Assembly: GCA_973895155.1 (NCBI GenBank) | Contig: OZ316893.1 | Coordinates: forward strand, 14,290,645 to 14,354,644 | Length of the DNA: 64,000 nucleotides | Direction of reading: 5' to 3' | Origin: Marsupella aquatica | Lineage: Eukaryota; Plantae; Marchantiophyta | Part shown: positions 23,249-37,554 of the stretch, piece by piece | How the letters are laid out: each line of letters opens with the position of its first letter | Numbering within the stretch: position 1 is the first letter of the stretch | Notes under the pieces: model-generated | What the model was told of the DNA's origin: nothing | Seen by the model: only the letters and a program-made list of their open reading frames with translations | Databases searched by the model: none | Position numbers and translations under genes: made by a program

Positions 23249-24436
23249 ATGGTGCTTGCTATGGTGATGGAAGCAGTCAGAGGAGCGGCGCAGGAAGTCA
23301 AGGAAGGGCCGACGGTACAGGAGAAAGCGCAGAGGGCGTGGAGCCTGACGAGAATAATTTGCAGGGAATTGCTGGGACTGGTTACCGGAATACCTGATGC
23401 ATACTATGCAGCATCTCTGTGGCGAAACCCGGACAAGGAAAAGCTTCGATGGCATTTCAACCTCCTGAAGAATGTAAGATACGGCCCTGCAGATCGCAAC
23501 TTGTTAGACGTGTATACGCCGAAAAATTGTGACAGTAAGAGTTCTTTTCCAGTCTTGATTTTTGTCCACGGGGGAGTTTGGGCCAGTGGTGACAAGCTCA
23601 TGTTTAGTCCTCTCGGTGCCTCTTTTGCCCATCATGGTATCGTTGCACTACTAGTGCAATACACTCTGTATCCGCAAGTACTTGCCAAAGTGCAGGTGGA
23701 AGAAGTTTCACGAGCCCTCACTTGGACAATGGATAATGTGAGCCAGTATGGTGGCGATCCTAATAGAATTCACGTCGCGGGGCATTCGTCGGGAGCTCAC
23801 TTGTGTGGTATGCTGCATTGGGAGCGTGCCAAACGAAATCTGAGTTTCAAGGAAGGATCTTCTTCAGAAGTACTGGAGGACAAACGGGGACCACGTGCCT
23901 ACCTTGGGTTAACCGGAGTCTACAACATTCACACGCATTACGAGTATGAAAAATGGAGAGGAGTACTTCCGATTTCTTGTATGACGCCGGCTATGAACGG
24001 CCTCAAGGGATTTTCATCTATGTCTCCAGAACTGCTTTTTGGCTCCCTCCTGCCATTGAAATCCAACCAGCAGCAGCAAGCTGCTGAAATTGACGAAACT
24101 GCAATGGACTTATCAACTGTGGACACCGTAAATATGAATTGGGATGAATGGGCTAGCGAGCAACCTCCGTTTGTTATCTTTACCAGTGACAATGATAAGA
24201 TTGTGCCCACACAATCATCTCTTGACTTTCACAAGGCACTACAGCAACTGGGTTGTAAATCTGGAGCATCTATTCATGAAAGCCTTCGACACGATGACTT
24301 CGCTTTTTGGGCGAGGGGAATGTATGGCAAAGACAATCCGAGAGCTCAAGTTTTGATTAATGAACTTCTAGACATTGTGAAAGAAGAGAAAAAATTGGAG
24401 TCGTTTCTGCACCCTCAAGTGGACGTGTCCGACTAA
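23249..24436 (+). CDS. Alpha/beta hydrolase (ICME / kynurenine formamidase-like carboxylesterase), intronless
   Basis: VRYGPADRNLLDVYTP, oxyanion HGGVW, YGGDPNRIHVAGHSSGAH (GxSxG nucleophile), SDNDKIVP (Asp), LRHDD (His). First ATG at 23249. Confidence 0.88.
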   Translation: MVLAMVMEAVRGAAQEVKEGPTVQEKAQRAWSLTRIICRELLGLVTGIPDAYYAASLWRNPDKEKLRWHFNLLKNVRYGPADRNLLDVYTPKNCDSKSSFPVLIFVHGGVWASGDKLMFSPLGASFAHHGIVALLVQYTLYPQVLAKVQVEEVSRALTWTMDNVSQYGGDPNRIHVAGHSSGAHLCGMLHWERAKRNLSFKEGSSSEVLEDKRGPRAYLGLTGVYNIHTHYEYEKWRGVLPISCMTPAMNGLKGFSSMSPELLFGSLLPLKSNQQQQAAEIDETAMDLSTVDTVNMNWDEWASEQPPFVIFTSDNDKIVPTQSSLDFHKALQQLGCKSGASIHESLRHDDFAFWARGMYGKDNPRAQVLINELLDIVKEEKKLESFLHPQVDVSD

Positions 24437-26393
24437 CACGGCCTTCGGTTTACATGGAAATCATGTTCACAATGTGGGATTTATTGTATTTGACTCATTT
24501 CGTATCCAGAACCAATTGTTAGTATAGGCTTTGCAAAGATCAACTTCTGGAGCGTTTTCTGAGCTAATGGACGTTACGACGAGAAAAAGCTGAAGCGCAT
24601 GGGTATCCGCACGAAAGCCTGCGAATCGCTGCACTTGGAAATGTTGTGGTAATTGTAGACTTTGTCGATTTACTTGTCGAAGTCGATACGAAGCCGCCAG
24701 AAACAGGTGACCTGGTTGAAGTCATACAGTACAGTAGAGATCCTGTGGAAGGCAAATGCCAGATGCATGGTTCTCCGCGGGTGCAATTTCATTCACATAC
24801 TAAAAAGCTCAACTATTTATCTAGCGGTCAGACCGGATGGAGCCATGTATGTACCTTTCGTTTGAAGGTAGAGCCATCCTTGTTGCTCTAGCTCAGTCTC
24901 TCAGGTAAACCAGTACGAGGTTTTTCAATCCTGTACACTCTGAGAAAAGAACAAAGTCCAAACTACAATAAAACATCGCCATCAGGCGTTGAAACGGTTT
25001 ACTCAGTCAGCTGCCTCCTCTACTTCAGTAGATGTGATATGCAAGCTCTTCCGCATGTTTCGATGTCTTCGTCCAGCTGGTTTGGCAGGAACAAGCCTCA
25101 ATGCAGTGGTTGTACAAGTCATCTGAGAAGATACGAGCTTTGAAAGATATGGAATGACTGACACGCCCCCTTTGTAATGAGGTCTTAAGCCCAAATTCTC
25201 GGAATCCACATTTGCATTCATGTCCATGTTAAGTGAGATAAAGTTCTTTTCCGTCTCGAGAAAAACTGGTGAAGGAGTACCAAGGACTGTTTTGCGGTAA
25301 CAGAGGAAAAGGTGGCTCATGGACTTTTCTGAGGTATTACTTATCTACGTTGGTAACATGGCCGTGTTACCAAGTACTGCCTCACAAGGCTGCCCCTAGC
25401 CTAGTATGTTCAGTAGCAGTGCTGAGAGATCACCTGGAATCCGGGGATGGCACAGGTGTTGGCAACTTGGGGATGAGATGCCAGTTATTTACTTTCGGAG
25501 GGTTTAGTCGATCATTAGTCATCCTTGAAAATGAAATCTTGCCTCCACTGGTATCTCAACGTTTCAGATTCTAGACAAACACGATATCAGAGGAACGCCC
25601 AGTTGAATGAGAACTCGAAATCCGAAACCAGTCTCTAGGGACCGGACTTACTTACTTTGGAGAAATATGCCACGCCAGCAACAAACGTGGTGAAAGCCAT
25701 CATACCGACGAGAGTAATTGTAGAACACTAAACTCATCCGGGATGCCAAATCCAGATCGCTATCAAAAGAGCAAAATAATCCAGAAGTCGACTCTTAGAA
25801 AAGCCAGGACTGGATTAAGAAATAACTGTCCCTCTTACAGAATCTCAACTAGAGTGGGTCGAATCTGAGTCTTTTTCCATGGAATGAGATCGTTAATAAA
25901 CCAAATCTGCTGACCAAAAACATTGCTGAGACATTCCAAGCCGCATAACCTAGTAATAGATCAAGCTGAATATCTCAAGAAAACTCAAACCCGTGTCTCA
26001 CACTACTGGATGACGGGTTTGCCTGACAGGTTGAAAAGATAGCAGAAATTCAACCTTTCCTGTCACCTCAACACCAGTACCTACGATTCGTTCGTTGGAG
26101 AGGTTTGCTATCAATTTTGTTGGGCGACAGTAAAATACACTCATGTCAAAGCTTGAAACCAATCTGGTATTGGGTGAACTTTGACAGATAACTAATGGAA
26201 TGACAATCGCAATCTTCTCCAAAAAATCTCAGTAGTATCACGTGAAAGTTTCACACTTAGTTGTGCATCAGGCATTGCCTTCAATGCGTTTATTGCGGGG
26301 GAATTACATGTCTGTACATTTTAGTTTGAGCATTCCAAGATAATGGGAGTCGTGAAGGTCACCCCCTGGTATTGTCAATCCAACTTTCATCCA

Positions 26394-29300
26394 TTATGTC
26401 TCTTTGAAAAGCTCGCGCCCAATAATGATGCGTCGAATTTCACTTGTGCCAGCTCCAATTTCGTAAAGCTTTGCATCGCGGAGAAGCCTGCCAGTTGGGT
26501 AGTCATTTATGTACCCATTGCCTCCCAGACACTGAATTGCCTAGTTATCAGCAAAAATTCAAGTAAGAAGCATACCAACAACACATCACCGACCTCGGAG
26601 ACAACGCCTGATTCTTCCTATGAAATGGAACAGATTATCTCCCATCATAAGAAAACCTCTAGTAGGACCTAGTAGATTCCATTCATACGCAAAGGAACTG
26701 CACAAGAGTATTTTGCTGCTAGAAACTTAATTTGGATCGGTTTAGTGGCCATTTGATTGGAAAAGATTACAATAGATTGTCTGAATCCCCATTAACTACA
26801 ACCGTTCACAGCGATTTCGGGTGGGGAACACAGGCAAACTCAGAATACTGATTGTGAACTTCAATATAAAGTCGGGACCTCGTTAAATAGAATGTTGCAA
26901 TCCATACATTACGAGGAAAATCTAGAAAAGGTCCAAAACTACCCAAGGTAGAGTACAACTGCGTTCAAGTGCAGGTTCATACAATCAAGGGATGTACCTG
27001 TAATGCCATCTGAGTTGCATTCTCTGCTGCAAATAGTATAACACTTGCACAATCCTGCAAGTCACAAGCTCGGAAAATAAAGACAACAAGAATATGATGA
27101 CTCACAATGTTGTTCTATGTTTGCCCAAAATCAGTCCATGCAGGCATCAAGGCACGTTTTTGAAGTACGATCTCACCTTTCTATCAACTTGGCCCATGTC
27201 TGCACCCCTTGCCACTGAATAAACATAGGCTCTGCATATTTGACAATGTTTTTCAAATACATCATTCTGAAAATCTGGGACACCCAACTCTAAACCCCTG
27301 CTACGACACTGAAAGTCTCTCGTAGGACCCAAGCAATGGATGACAACAAAATCAAACCGTCAGAGGTTTCTTGTAGCGAAAGATTTGGAAGTTTTCTGCT
27401 TAGGAGAACTGCAATATGATCGTTTTCAATTCTCCCTCCATCGAAAAGCTTTCAGCAATCTTCTTGCTATTAAAAGAAGATGAAGATAATTGGTTACCTA
27501 GAAGCTTGAAGTGTGGTGTACATATCTGCAAGCTTACCCTGCACACCTTTAGGTCTACCCATCAGTGCATATAAATGCTGCAGAGAATAAACGAAAAAAG
27601 TACCGTACTCGGGTGACATGAAAGAACAGGGAAAGCAAACATGAAAACATCAACTCTTAACAGTCTTATCAAGATACCTTTGTAGACAGAACTCTATCCT
27701 CTTCACCAGACTTGGGGTGGGTGGTTACAAATGACTGCCCTCTCTATGGATGTCAGACAATACATGAATGAAAAATCAGTCTTAATGGCTCGACCTGGAT
27801 AAGCTGGAACTCTCCAATTGGCGACCCAAATTGTTGTCTTTCATGGACATAAGGAAGTACCACATCCAGGCATGACTGCATCAGCCCCAGAGGCCCCGCT
27901 GCCAGGACTAATCTCTCTAAGTCCAGCCCAGACATCATCACATAAACACCTAGATAACCAAACCCAGAAACACATCAGACGTCGCTTTTCCATTCCTCTG
28001 AAACAAATCATAGCAGTATGCAGAAGAATATAACGTGATTGTTGAGATTAAATTAGGTGATTAATCAATAACAATCAAAAGAATTCTTATTCAGCACTTG
28101 TACCCTTCCATAAATCTTTGTACCTTTCCCTTCTTGGCCCAACACATTCTCCTGAGGGACAAAGCAGTCTTCGAAGACCAACTCACACCTATCACAACCA
28201 AAAAGAAATCCAGCAGCTTAGGACACGAGCCCGAATTGGGTAGTTTGTCCAGACGGGCCGAATTCAGAGCAATGACTACCCCAAGATCATTCCAGACAAG
28301 AGTAACAGAGCCATGAAATTCTATCGAGCTGTACTCACGTGTCACTTCCTCTCATCCCTAACTTGTTGAGCTTCTGTGCGGTGCTGAATCTGCCAGCGTC
28401 CATTTCAATGTCAATGTTCACAGTAATTACCACAGAGCCACCTTCCATGCACACTCAAGTATGTGATCTGCAGAGATTACATTCAATATATCTTTTCGAT
28501 GGATGCATTTCAGAACGAAACTTCATAATTTCTTCAGACCTTGTTTAATATAAATCCAGTAAAAAATTGGATAATAGTTACCTTTAAGAGTTCAACATGT
28601 GCAAACCCAAGAAGAGAAAGGACATATAAGCTTGCAAACTACAGAAGGCAGGAATGCAGAACACAAGTACCCAAGTCATGCTTAAAGACTGCGTACACAT
28701 AGAATCATGCAAATATCAACATTTAACGGACATGACAAAGAAAGCCCACAGTATCCGCCGAGCTTAGGCTAACCAGTACCCACTCATGTTCTTTTCAATG
28801 ATGAATGCTGTTATCCCTCTGGCCCCAGCCAGTAGATCCGTTTTGGCATAAACAATCTGCCAACACAGACCACACATTGGATTTCACAATCAAAACTAGC
28901 TTTGGGTACATATCTATTGTGCTTTGTTCAAAGACCATGCTGAAAATCGAAGGTTACCAAGAGGAGTCAACCGAAGCCATAAAACGAGAGGGAGAGCATT
29001 TGCACCAAAGTTTCTGCCATAGTTCCATTTGTGCACCACATCTTATTTCCATTTAGTACATAACCGTCTGCAACACGTTCGGCCTTGCACTTCATGCTAA
29101 CAACATCCGAACCAGCTGCAGACAGGAAACACCCATGAGCTCTACAAGGACATCTCTATGCTTCGCTTGAAACTGGGATAAGACACATGTCTTGGTCTTC
29201 ACCTCAACGTAAACCTTGCATCAAGCCACTTAGTAATCCTTGAACTACGCCGAATGGAGATCTCCAATGTTTAACTTGCAGTCCCGCATACAGTATCATA

Positions 29301-31713
29301 CAAAGAATCCACTGGCTAGAAAGTGAAAGAGAAAGTTCAAAATGTTACTTACAATTCGGCTCACTCATGGCCAATGCTCCGACATTGTCCCCACTGATCA
29401 ACTACACAGTAAGAATAGACAAGACGAGATTTTAGGATGCGAATAATCCAACTTCAACGACAGAATCTCTAAACAAGAACGAGACATCCTTGCAGTGTGA
29501 CCCAATCGAATAATATTAGTTATTACTTGAAGACATGTTACCGTAACTAACGATGGAAAGACAGACCTTCGGAAGATATTTCTCTTTTTGGGCTTCGGTG
29601 CCATTCCGAACCTGCGTCATCAGAGAAGATGTTAATTCTCCTTTTAGACTAATGGTTCGCATTGACTCCAACAACACACCAAACTTTCAAGCAGAGAAAA
29701 ATCATATAATTGTATTGACTGCTTCCAGTTTATCTCCGTGCCGGACAAAAGTGGGGGATCACATTCTACATCTCCAGTCACTGACGTGACATAAAAAGAC
29801 TCAGCTGGGTGATGACCATGATGGCCTATGCAGATCAGCAATGATAGGTTACCGTGGAAAAATCAACAGGATTTCAACAAACTCTGACACATCAATCGGT
29901 CTCGAGTTAGGGGGCAAGCACAAAACACGAAGTACATAATACAAAACGTGACATAATGAATTCATATGCCTTTGTGAAAAGCACGGCGGACAAAGTGGCA
30001 TCAAACAACTACAAAGCTACATCTCTACTATTCATACCAGTTGATTAATGCAAAGGTTGGAGTGCGCTCCGTAAGAAAGACCAACTGAACCAGATGCGCG
30101 GCTGATTTCTTCCATGGCCAGGCAGTGATACGTGTACCCTAATCCAAGCCCTCCATACTGCTCTGGAGAAAGGAAGTCGACCAGTGTAAGGGATTAAACA
30201 CGTTAATAAACCAGAACAATTTTAATGGTATCAATGACACCAACTTCCTTCAATTCTGCAGCAAGAACTCGAGTTTCTTACCCGGCACTGTGATTCCATG
30301 CAGGTCGAAATCTCCCATGAGCTTCCATAGATTCACATCCTGCCATTAGCAGAGGAAGTGAGAACCATTATTACTTAATGTCAATAGGCCACTTCAAGAT
30401 CACACAACCCACGGCACTCCCACGATCCTGGGTCTCCGCAATTATGTCACTCACCTTCGGTAGGTAGTTCGACTCGTCAATCTTGGCCGCATGAGGTGCA
30501 ATATTCTCCTCAGCAAACTTTTTTACACCGTCTCTGAACTGAAAGTAACAACCATGAATTAGACTTTCCTAATATCTGCGCTGCGAGTTCCAAGCGAAGA
30601 CGCATACTTCGAACAAATGCAGTTAGATATGAATTTGCTTCTCGACATACGAAGGCTCGAATCCGTTCAAAACCACTTCCTGACTACTAAGAAATCAGAG
30701 TGACAACACCCACCTGAAGCGCAGTTTCATCCTGGAGAAGATCGGAGAACATGCCACGACTGCCAACCTTCTGTTCACCAAAGTCAGCAAAAATACATCA
30801 ATCTCCAAATTGCACGTCATTCTCTATGGTGTTAAACAATTTTCAGAGGGTCACTATATACTTTTTGTCCTGCTTCTTTGCGAGTATTAGGAGCAGGGGC
30901 ACACAAGCCATGACCGGGTACAGTGAAACGAACCTCCCAACCCCAACACTATCAAAAGATTATACAATGCGCAGGATCTCGTTGCTTCACTCGGGAGATC
31001 AGGTACAGCATCAGTGAGTTATATCAACAGAGGGGGTGTGGTAGGGGCAAGAGTGAAGAAAAAGAGGAGTTGTGTTCCAGAAGCAAGGCTACTCCTTTCA
31101 AGAGTGTATAATAAAATTTCCAATAGGTTATTAGCTTAATACTTTAGACCTAACAGGCAAATAGTAAGCAGCCGAGAGCCCAAGACCATGTTCATGAATG
31201 CCTGATGAAATTCATCCTGTGAAACAACAGAGGATCTGCCAACTGCTTGGCTTTACTCCATGTCAAAAACCTCTACTTTCGAGATAATGAAGTCTCGAAT
31301 TTGGTCCGCACAACCTCTTCCAGTCAACAATCTTTCACTCTCTGAATTCATTAAGATCGTGGGGAACTGGATTGCTCTGAAACAAAGGAATTGCACACTC
31401 TCACCATCAATGCATCTCGAAAATTCTAATTTGGCAAGTTCATTGCTGAAGTAGAGCTTCGACACGGAATTTGTTTGCATCAATTTAATCAAACGTTGAA
31501 AGCCCCACAATGTAAGCTTGGATAATGGGAAACAAGGACGTCAGATAAATTTACACGGTCTGTGATCATGAGAGGGAAAGGACCAAAAGATCCAAACAGA
31601 AATCGAATTGATAGATGATGGGGACCCACCAGGAAGGGATTCAAGAATGACCGAGAGTTGGAGAATTTCTGCGAGCATTGCAAAGCAGCAGACCAAAGCA
31701 TTCGATGTCTCAT
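26394..31713 (-). CDS. IVD: Isovaleryl-CoA dehydrogenase, mitochondrial (16 coding exons)
   Basis: GT-AG exons: 31630-31713 (start 31713 or 31701), 30714-30770, 30455-30538, 30282-30339, 30038-30162, 29567-29611, 29353-29401, 29006-29115, 28780-28856, 28339-28389, 28124-28188, 27795-27949, 27498-27538, 27177-27231, 26998-27054, 26394-26540. The spliced product includes [53 protein letters not shown] and [18 protein letters not shown] probable non-coding first exon lies at ~32030-32200. Confidence 0.95.
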
Positions 31714-33229
31714 ATTGTCCCCTCCCCAATCAATCTACCACAAGACAGACCACCAATCGTTCAGCGACGAGCCAAATCAATCCCGATTCGCCTCCTCCTT
31801 TCACGACTTCACTACACAGCTCCAATTCTGCCATACTACAATTCCCCCACCCCTCAAATTGCTCGCACGCTGGCTCCCTGGATGCACACCACCCTACCAA
31901 TCCAACTCCACCACGAGAAGTTCGCCAATTATTCCCGATTTCCAGCTGCCGTCAGCAGTACATTCCACCTGCTCAAATCCGACACCAAACGAAGGAAAAG
32001 CTCCGTGTACAGTAACAATAATTTAACGCACCCCGAGGCCTTTGCAGACTCTCGACTTCAATTGCTGTCAGCAGAAGCAGATTCCACCTCCTCCGGTCGA
32101 ACAAAACGAAGACTAAGATCCTTCTACAGGGTCAAACACTCACTGGTTTTCCCGACTGATTCGAGAACGATAATGCGCAAGAATTGAAGTCCGGATCACT
32201 GTCAGTCGAAGAAGTGAAGAACCCAACAAGAGGGAAAATGATTAGGTGGGGACTCATTTGTCCCCAGTAAATTAAATTGACCTTGGGGTACCTTTACTCT
32301 CACCTCGTTCGTCGAAACTTGTCACTTCCTCACTCGTCGAGCTGTCATACGGACATCGAGGCCGTTGAGGATTTTGAGAGCAATTTTGTCATGATCGGAG
32401 CCGTCCGTACTCTTCGAGGAATGGAAATTAGCTTTAAGGTTTGAGGATTTTTCTTTTCCGCAAAAGTGTCGAGGGCACCAAAACCAGCTTAGGCAGTTTG
32501 CTCTTAAACCACCACTGGGGCCATCTCCAATATTTCTTCCTTTTTCACATTCTTCATCTCTATGGTGAGACTTTGCTCCACAATTTTGAGAAAAAGGACT
32601 AGGAATGGTGAAAGGACTAGAAATGGTGAAAGGCCTAGTGGCTCTTGAAACCCAATTGGATTTCCAAAGTGGACCAGCATAGAATGTCTGAAAAAACTAG
32701 GGAAGCAGCTTTTACACTTTGGATCTTTGACACTTGCAACCAGTTTCAAATAACTTTTTGAAAGCTGTATTTTTTTTTAAGGAAAGGGTCAAACAGAGTA
32801 CAAACAAACAAACAAACAAATGAGGTCAAAAAAGAACAAAAACCAAACTCAAAAGGATTGAACCAAGAGATACCCCTAAAACCCTAGAAAGAGGCCACCC
32901 AAATTATGGACCTAGGTCCTCATCAAACCTAGCAAATGTGGTAAAAGTTAATGGTCCACATCAAGTGTTTAAACTAACTGGGCAACTCTGATTGGAATAA
33001 CTGACCTGGTGGAAGTCTTTGGTCGTGCTTAATTGACTCAAGGAGTCCTGAACAAAAGTACACCACTCTCTCCCCAAAATGATGTGTCCTTTGTAAAAGA
33101 AAACCTCACTCTCATGCCCAAACTATTCACGGCCATGTGTGAAGAAGGAGATGCCAAACATATTTATTATCTAATTTTAGATAAATAATTTTTGAGCATC
33201 AGAATGATATCCCTAGATTTGAGTACATC

Positions 33230-33375
33230 AGTGATATATATCACAGTGCCCAAGAGCAAAAAACAAAAAACAAAAAACTCCTAACCTGGAGACAAGCTCC
33301 CAATGGCAAAGCAACCCCATGAAGGGAAGGAAAAGAGGGGAAAGGACCCCAAGAAAAACAAGCCAAGGGTATCAG
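33230..33375 (-). mobile_element. 3' UTR fragment of the CRE-like non-LTR family
   Basis: TCACAGTGCCCAAG...ATGAAGGG.AGGAAAA..GGGAAAGG..CCCAAGAAAAA.AAGCCAAGGGT matches 47459-47535. Confidence 0.55.
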
Positions 33376-33423
33376 TCTGATTCTGCTGAATGAGTCAGTG
33401 GCTAGGTGAGAAAAATGGGCTAA

Positions 33424-33763
33424 GGGCCATCTTGCATATGCAAGGTCCTTTGATTTTTGGCCCTCAAATGAACCCGTGGCATCTCTAAATGAAGCGACAA
33501 GCCGGCAGTCCTGATGGCATCTTTGGAGGATATGCAAGGGCAAGGGCCGGAAATTTTCCAGCCCTTGAGGTCCCAGACTTTGAACTTTGAATAAAACAAA
33601 ATGGAAGTAGATCCCCTACTCAATAAGCACTTCACACATAAGGTGTTATGATTGTGTTTAGATCCTGGGGCCACACTTTTTCCCTACATCTGTGGGCTGC
33701 TAAGGGTCCCGTGGGCTACTGAGGGTCGCATTTTTCAGGACTCTTGCACATGCAAGACATCCC
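33424..33763. mobile_element. Tourist-like (PIF/Harbinger) MITE, 340 bp
   Basis: Imperfect TIRs GGGCCATCTTGCATATGCAAG and CTTGCACATGCAAGACATCCC. TAA on both sides (33421-33423, 33764-33766). Confidence 0.75.
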
Positions 33764-35580
33764 TAAGGAAACACACAAAAAAACTACAGTAGCCAATCTT
33801 TCCTGGGAGTTGGAATCTCTTGAATTTTAGTAAAATAAAACAAAATATTAAAAAACTAAAAGATGTCGTCACGAGTACACTATGAATCAATCAACCAGTC
33901 AATACCGTACATGAAGCGCATGCAATGCTGTGTATTATACGCATACGGTACAGGGCGGTGGACGCGTGACTCCATGAATCCACGCAACGCAACTTATCCG
34001 TTTTCTGGATTTTTATCCTCGAAAGGAATACTTTAGTAGCTTTACGCAACTAACCCTTTTTTGGTTATTTTTGTCTTGGAAGGAATGCTTTACGCAACTT
34101 ATCCTTTTGGGGTCGTTGTGATGATTTGGGCCGGCGACAGAAACGTGGTGGAGTTCGTGGTGAATTGGAAGCTGGCCACTTAGCTTGAAAGGGACTGGAA
34201 CGTTGAGGTTGGCCAAGGCCAAAGCCCCCAAGCCAAAAGTACCTGAATTTGCTACAATTCCATTTATCTAACCTAAATATACACTCCAACACTTTTATTA
34301 ATCTTGATAATTGAGTTGTCATATTTTACTAGTGTAAACCTAAACTAATTATAGGCAGCTTGAAACAATATAATGGTCAACATCTGGTCAGGTTTCATCA
34401 TTGGATGGTTTTCTATCTCCTCTACCGTGACCCGCAACTAACACCATTTCCAAATATTGGGTTGGATCTCTTACTTTGTTCCTGCTCTGCTCTGACTCCT
34501 CTTGTTTGGCTGGCCCACTCTCCTGGTCCCGTGCTCAAAAGTGAGATGGGGTGATAAGATTCACTTGAAGATAGTGATGACCGTCCGATGAAGAAAACTT
34601 TGCAATTTGTTGTCCACTGGATGATTCCAAACTAACCAGAATTACTTTGCTTAACCATTCATGAAAAAGATAACAATGTACTAATTAACTGGAAAGAGTG
34701 GCATGGTATGTAATTGGACAGAAAAGAGTGACAATGTAGTAAGTCTCAAGAGGTTGTATAATTATGTGACAGGGTACTCACATGTGAATCTGTTGCACAC
34801 ATAAAAGAAGTCATGAAATCACATAGAAAAGCCAGATATGGTGAGCCAAGATCTCCTGGAAGTCCATGTAGTGGCAATGGCTAAAACTAATTACCAAGTA
34901 AATAATACAAGGAAGTATCTAACCTCTTTTACTCAATGTTCATGAAAGGGTAAGTGTATAGTTGAGAGTGAGACAATAATACAAATGTATCCAATATATA
35001 TTATTATTTTGAGGGGGTTTGGGGGCTTGTGGGAAGGAATAGGAAGGAACAAGAGAGGGGGGAGGGAAATTACTCTCCTTGGAGAACTGTGTGTATAATT
35101 TGGGGTTCAATTCCCCACCAGAGTTCTTATTTTGTTACCTTAACTCGGATTAGGAAGAATTGTGCTTGATATTCTGGAAAGTTTTTGTGATTAACAGTTC
35201 TGCAATTGAACAGTGCATAATTTTCTGGAATTGTTCTACAATTGACAATTTTTCTACTATCTTAATTAACAGTTCAACTCTTGCAGCTGTTGTCTTAAAT
35301 GTTCTTCCCGACATTGCTTGTTTTTGGGCAAAATGCAAACTTAAATGTTTTTAGTGGGGGGGGGGGGATTTTTTAAATAAATAGAATTACTTTTTGGACT
35401 AGAGGGGTGAAAAATCACTCCAGAGGATGTTTGTTTGAGAAATGTCTTACTGTAAATGCTGATCAATAATTTAATTTCCCATAAAAAATCTGGAAAAAAA
35501 GTAAACATGCATTTTCCATTCCTTTTTTGTCTTGTAGTGATGTGTAGCTGACCATTGCATATCTCCAGTTTTTAATAACA

Positions 35581-36002
35581 CTAGCCCCGACTACCCGTTC
35601 TTTGAACGTGAATAGCAGGGAGGACAATAAAAATGTCACCAAAATATATTCCTTATTCATATATTTTGAGTGTAATGAAATGATAAAAAATATATCATGC
35701 ATATCATCATTTTAATAATCAGACATAACATACCATAGTACTTTTTTCCATGCACATCCGTAGTTTTTCTATCTTACATCCCACTTATGCACATATAATA
35801 TGGTGGGGCCATAGAGATCAATTTTTAATATAAATAGAAATCATAACAAAAACAATCATGATTATCATTTGACATGACATTGATCATAGACATCAATTTT
35901 CTCGTCATTCCACATGATGAGCCATGGAGTTACGGTCTAGAGGTTTCATTCTAGAAGCCTAGGCCCCAACTCTAGCTTGTAGTTGCAGATTTATAAGTAA
36001 GA
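35581..36002 (-). mobile_element. Mini-Helitron family A (422 bp) with tandemly duplicated 5' end (to 36038)
   Basis: Minus-strand start TCTTACTTATAAATC. 3' hairpin CGTTC-AAA-GAACG then GGTAGTCGGGGCTAG. Flanked A|...|T. Homologous to 17245-17690. A degenerate third copy lies at ~36515-36735. Confidence 0.72.
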
Positions 36003-37554
36003 TTACTCTAGCTTGTAGTTGCAGATTTATAAGTAAGATTGAATGGGATAAAAATGCAAGATTAAATGTACAGCACATGCCAAAGAATAGTACAGATTTC
36101 ACACAATGAAAAGTAAGTACAAGTGCACAAGTATTGAACAGTTGTGCACATAAGATACATATTTCATTGTCCCTAATGACACTCAAATGAGTAAAAGGTT
36201 GTTCACATAAGAGGTACAGAAGGTACTCACTTGTCTTAGGTAAGGACAATAAAAAGCATAAACTTAAGACACAAAAGGATGAGGACAACTTATACAGTAA
36301 GTGTCCACATTTGTAAGCATTATTTCTCTCTCATTACAGAATAGATAGAATCTATCTCCATAATCTAACCTCTAGAAAAATTTGCTGAAGTGCTTGGATG
36401 CACTCTATTCAACTCTGTATCCAATGGGAAAGGAGATTAAAAAACCTTGTTTAAGAGAGGTGCCCAAACAAATTAGAATCTAAATAATACAAGTGATACA
36501 CCTTGTTATGGAAACTATCCCAGACTACCCATTCTTTGAACATGTGACTGTAGAGGAGAGGACAATAAAATGTAACAAAACATATTCCTTATTCTCATTC
36601 TTTAAATATTAATGAAATGATTAAAAAACAATGATTCATGTGCAGAATATACCATCATGTCTATGGACATTTTCTTTACATGCATATATACTTTGGTGGG
36701 GCCCTAGAGTCATGGCCTAGAGTTTAGGCCCTAGAATCACATTAGATTTAAAGTATAAACAATGTTATCTCAGTCAATTTTAAGGTTCTGAGCAAGTCCA
36801 TCCAAGCTTAGCAAGTCCATCCGGGCTTTACGTACAACACGGAGGTCCATCTGGGCTTCACTCTAAAATCCTAGACCTTGACTCTAGTTTCCCCTTCGTG
36901 CTTTATTAACTCCTATAATAAAAGGTTGCCCCCTTTTTTGAAGTGGGCGTCATTCAAAATTGCAGTGTCAGAGAAAGAACTAATCAATAAATGTAAGGCA
37001 CAAAACCAAAAGTAAATTAAATATAGTGTGTACCAAGTGTACAAAAACCATTGCACACAAAAAAGTAATTAAAGGCACAAAACCAGAAGTGAATTAAATT
37101 TAGCTTGGACCAAAAGGACATAAACCTTTGTACACAAAAAGAAATCAAATGGGGGAGACCAAACACAAAAAATGGAATTAACCCCGTTGCATGCACTAAT
37201 ATCAAGGAGGAGCCTCACTTTACCAGAGTGTAATCATAATAATGAAAAGTCAAGCAAAATATCTTATTTGCTACAAGGAGGGGATAAGTCACTATAATAT
37301 CATATACTCTAGAAATAGTCATTTACAACCTAAAAAAAGAAGGTAACCAATTCTAGCCCTTAGTAAAAATTTGTTTTTCTGGAATAGTCGGATCCATCCA
37401 TACCCCTGTTAATCTCAATAACCTCTGCCCAAACTGCCTGTAACCTACCCAAACCTGACCAAGATTAAAAATTAATTATTAAAAATTGAGATTTAAAGAA
37501 TTGGATATTAGCTTTATAGTTTCAAAAAAACTTGAGTTTAAATAAAATATTAAC

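Noticed and set aside
33424-33763. MITE as a deletion derivative of the intact Harbinger at 5610-10063
   Set aside because: The TIR sequences differ (GGGCCATCTTGCA vs GAGCATCTCCTACG). Same superfamily, but probably a different family.
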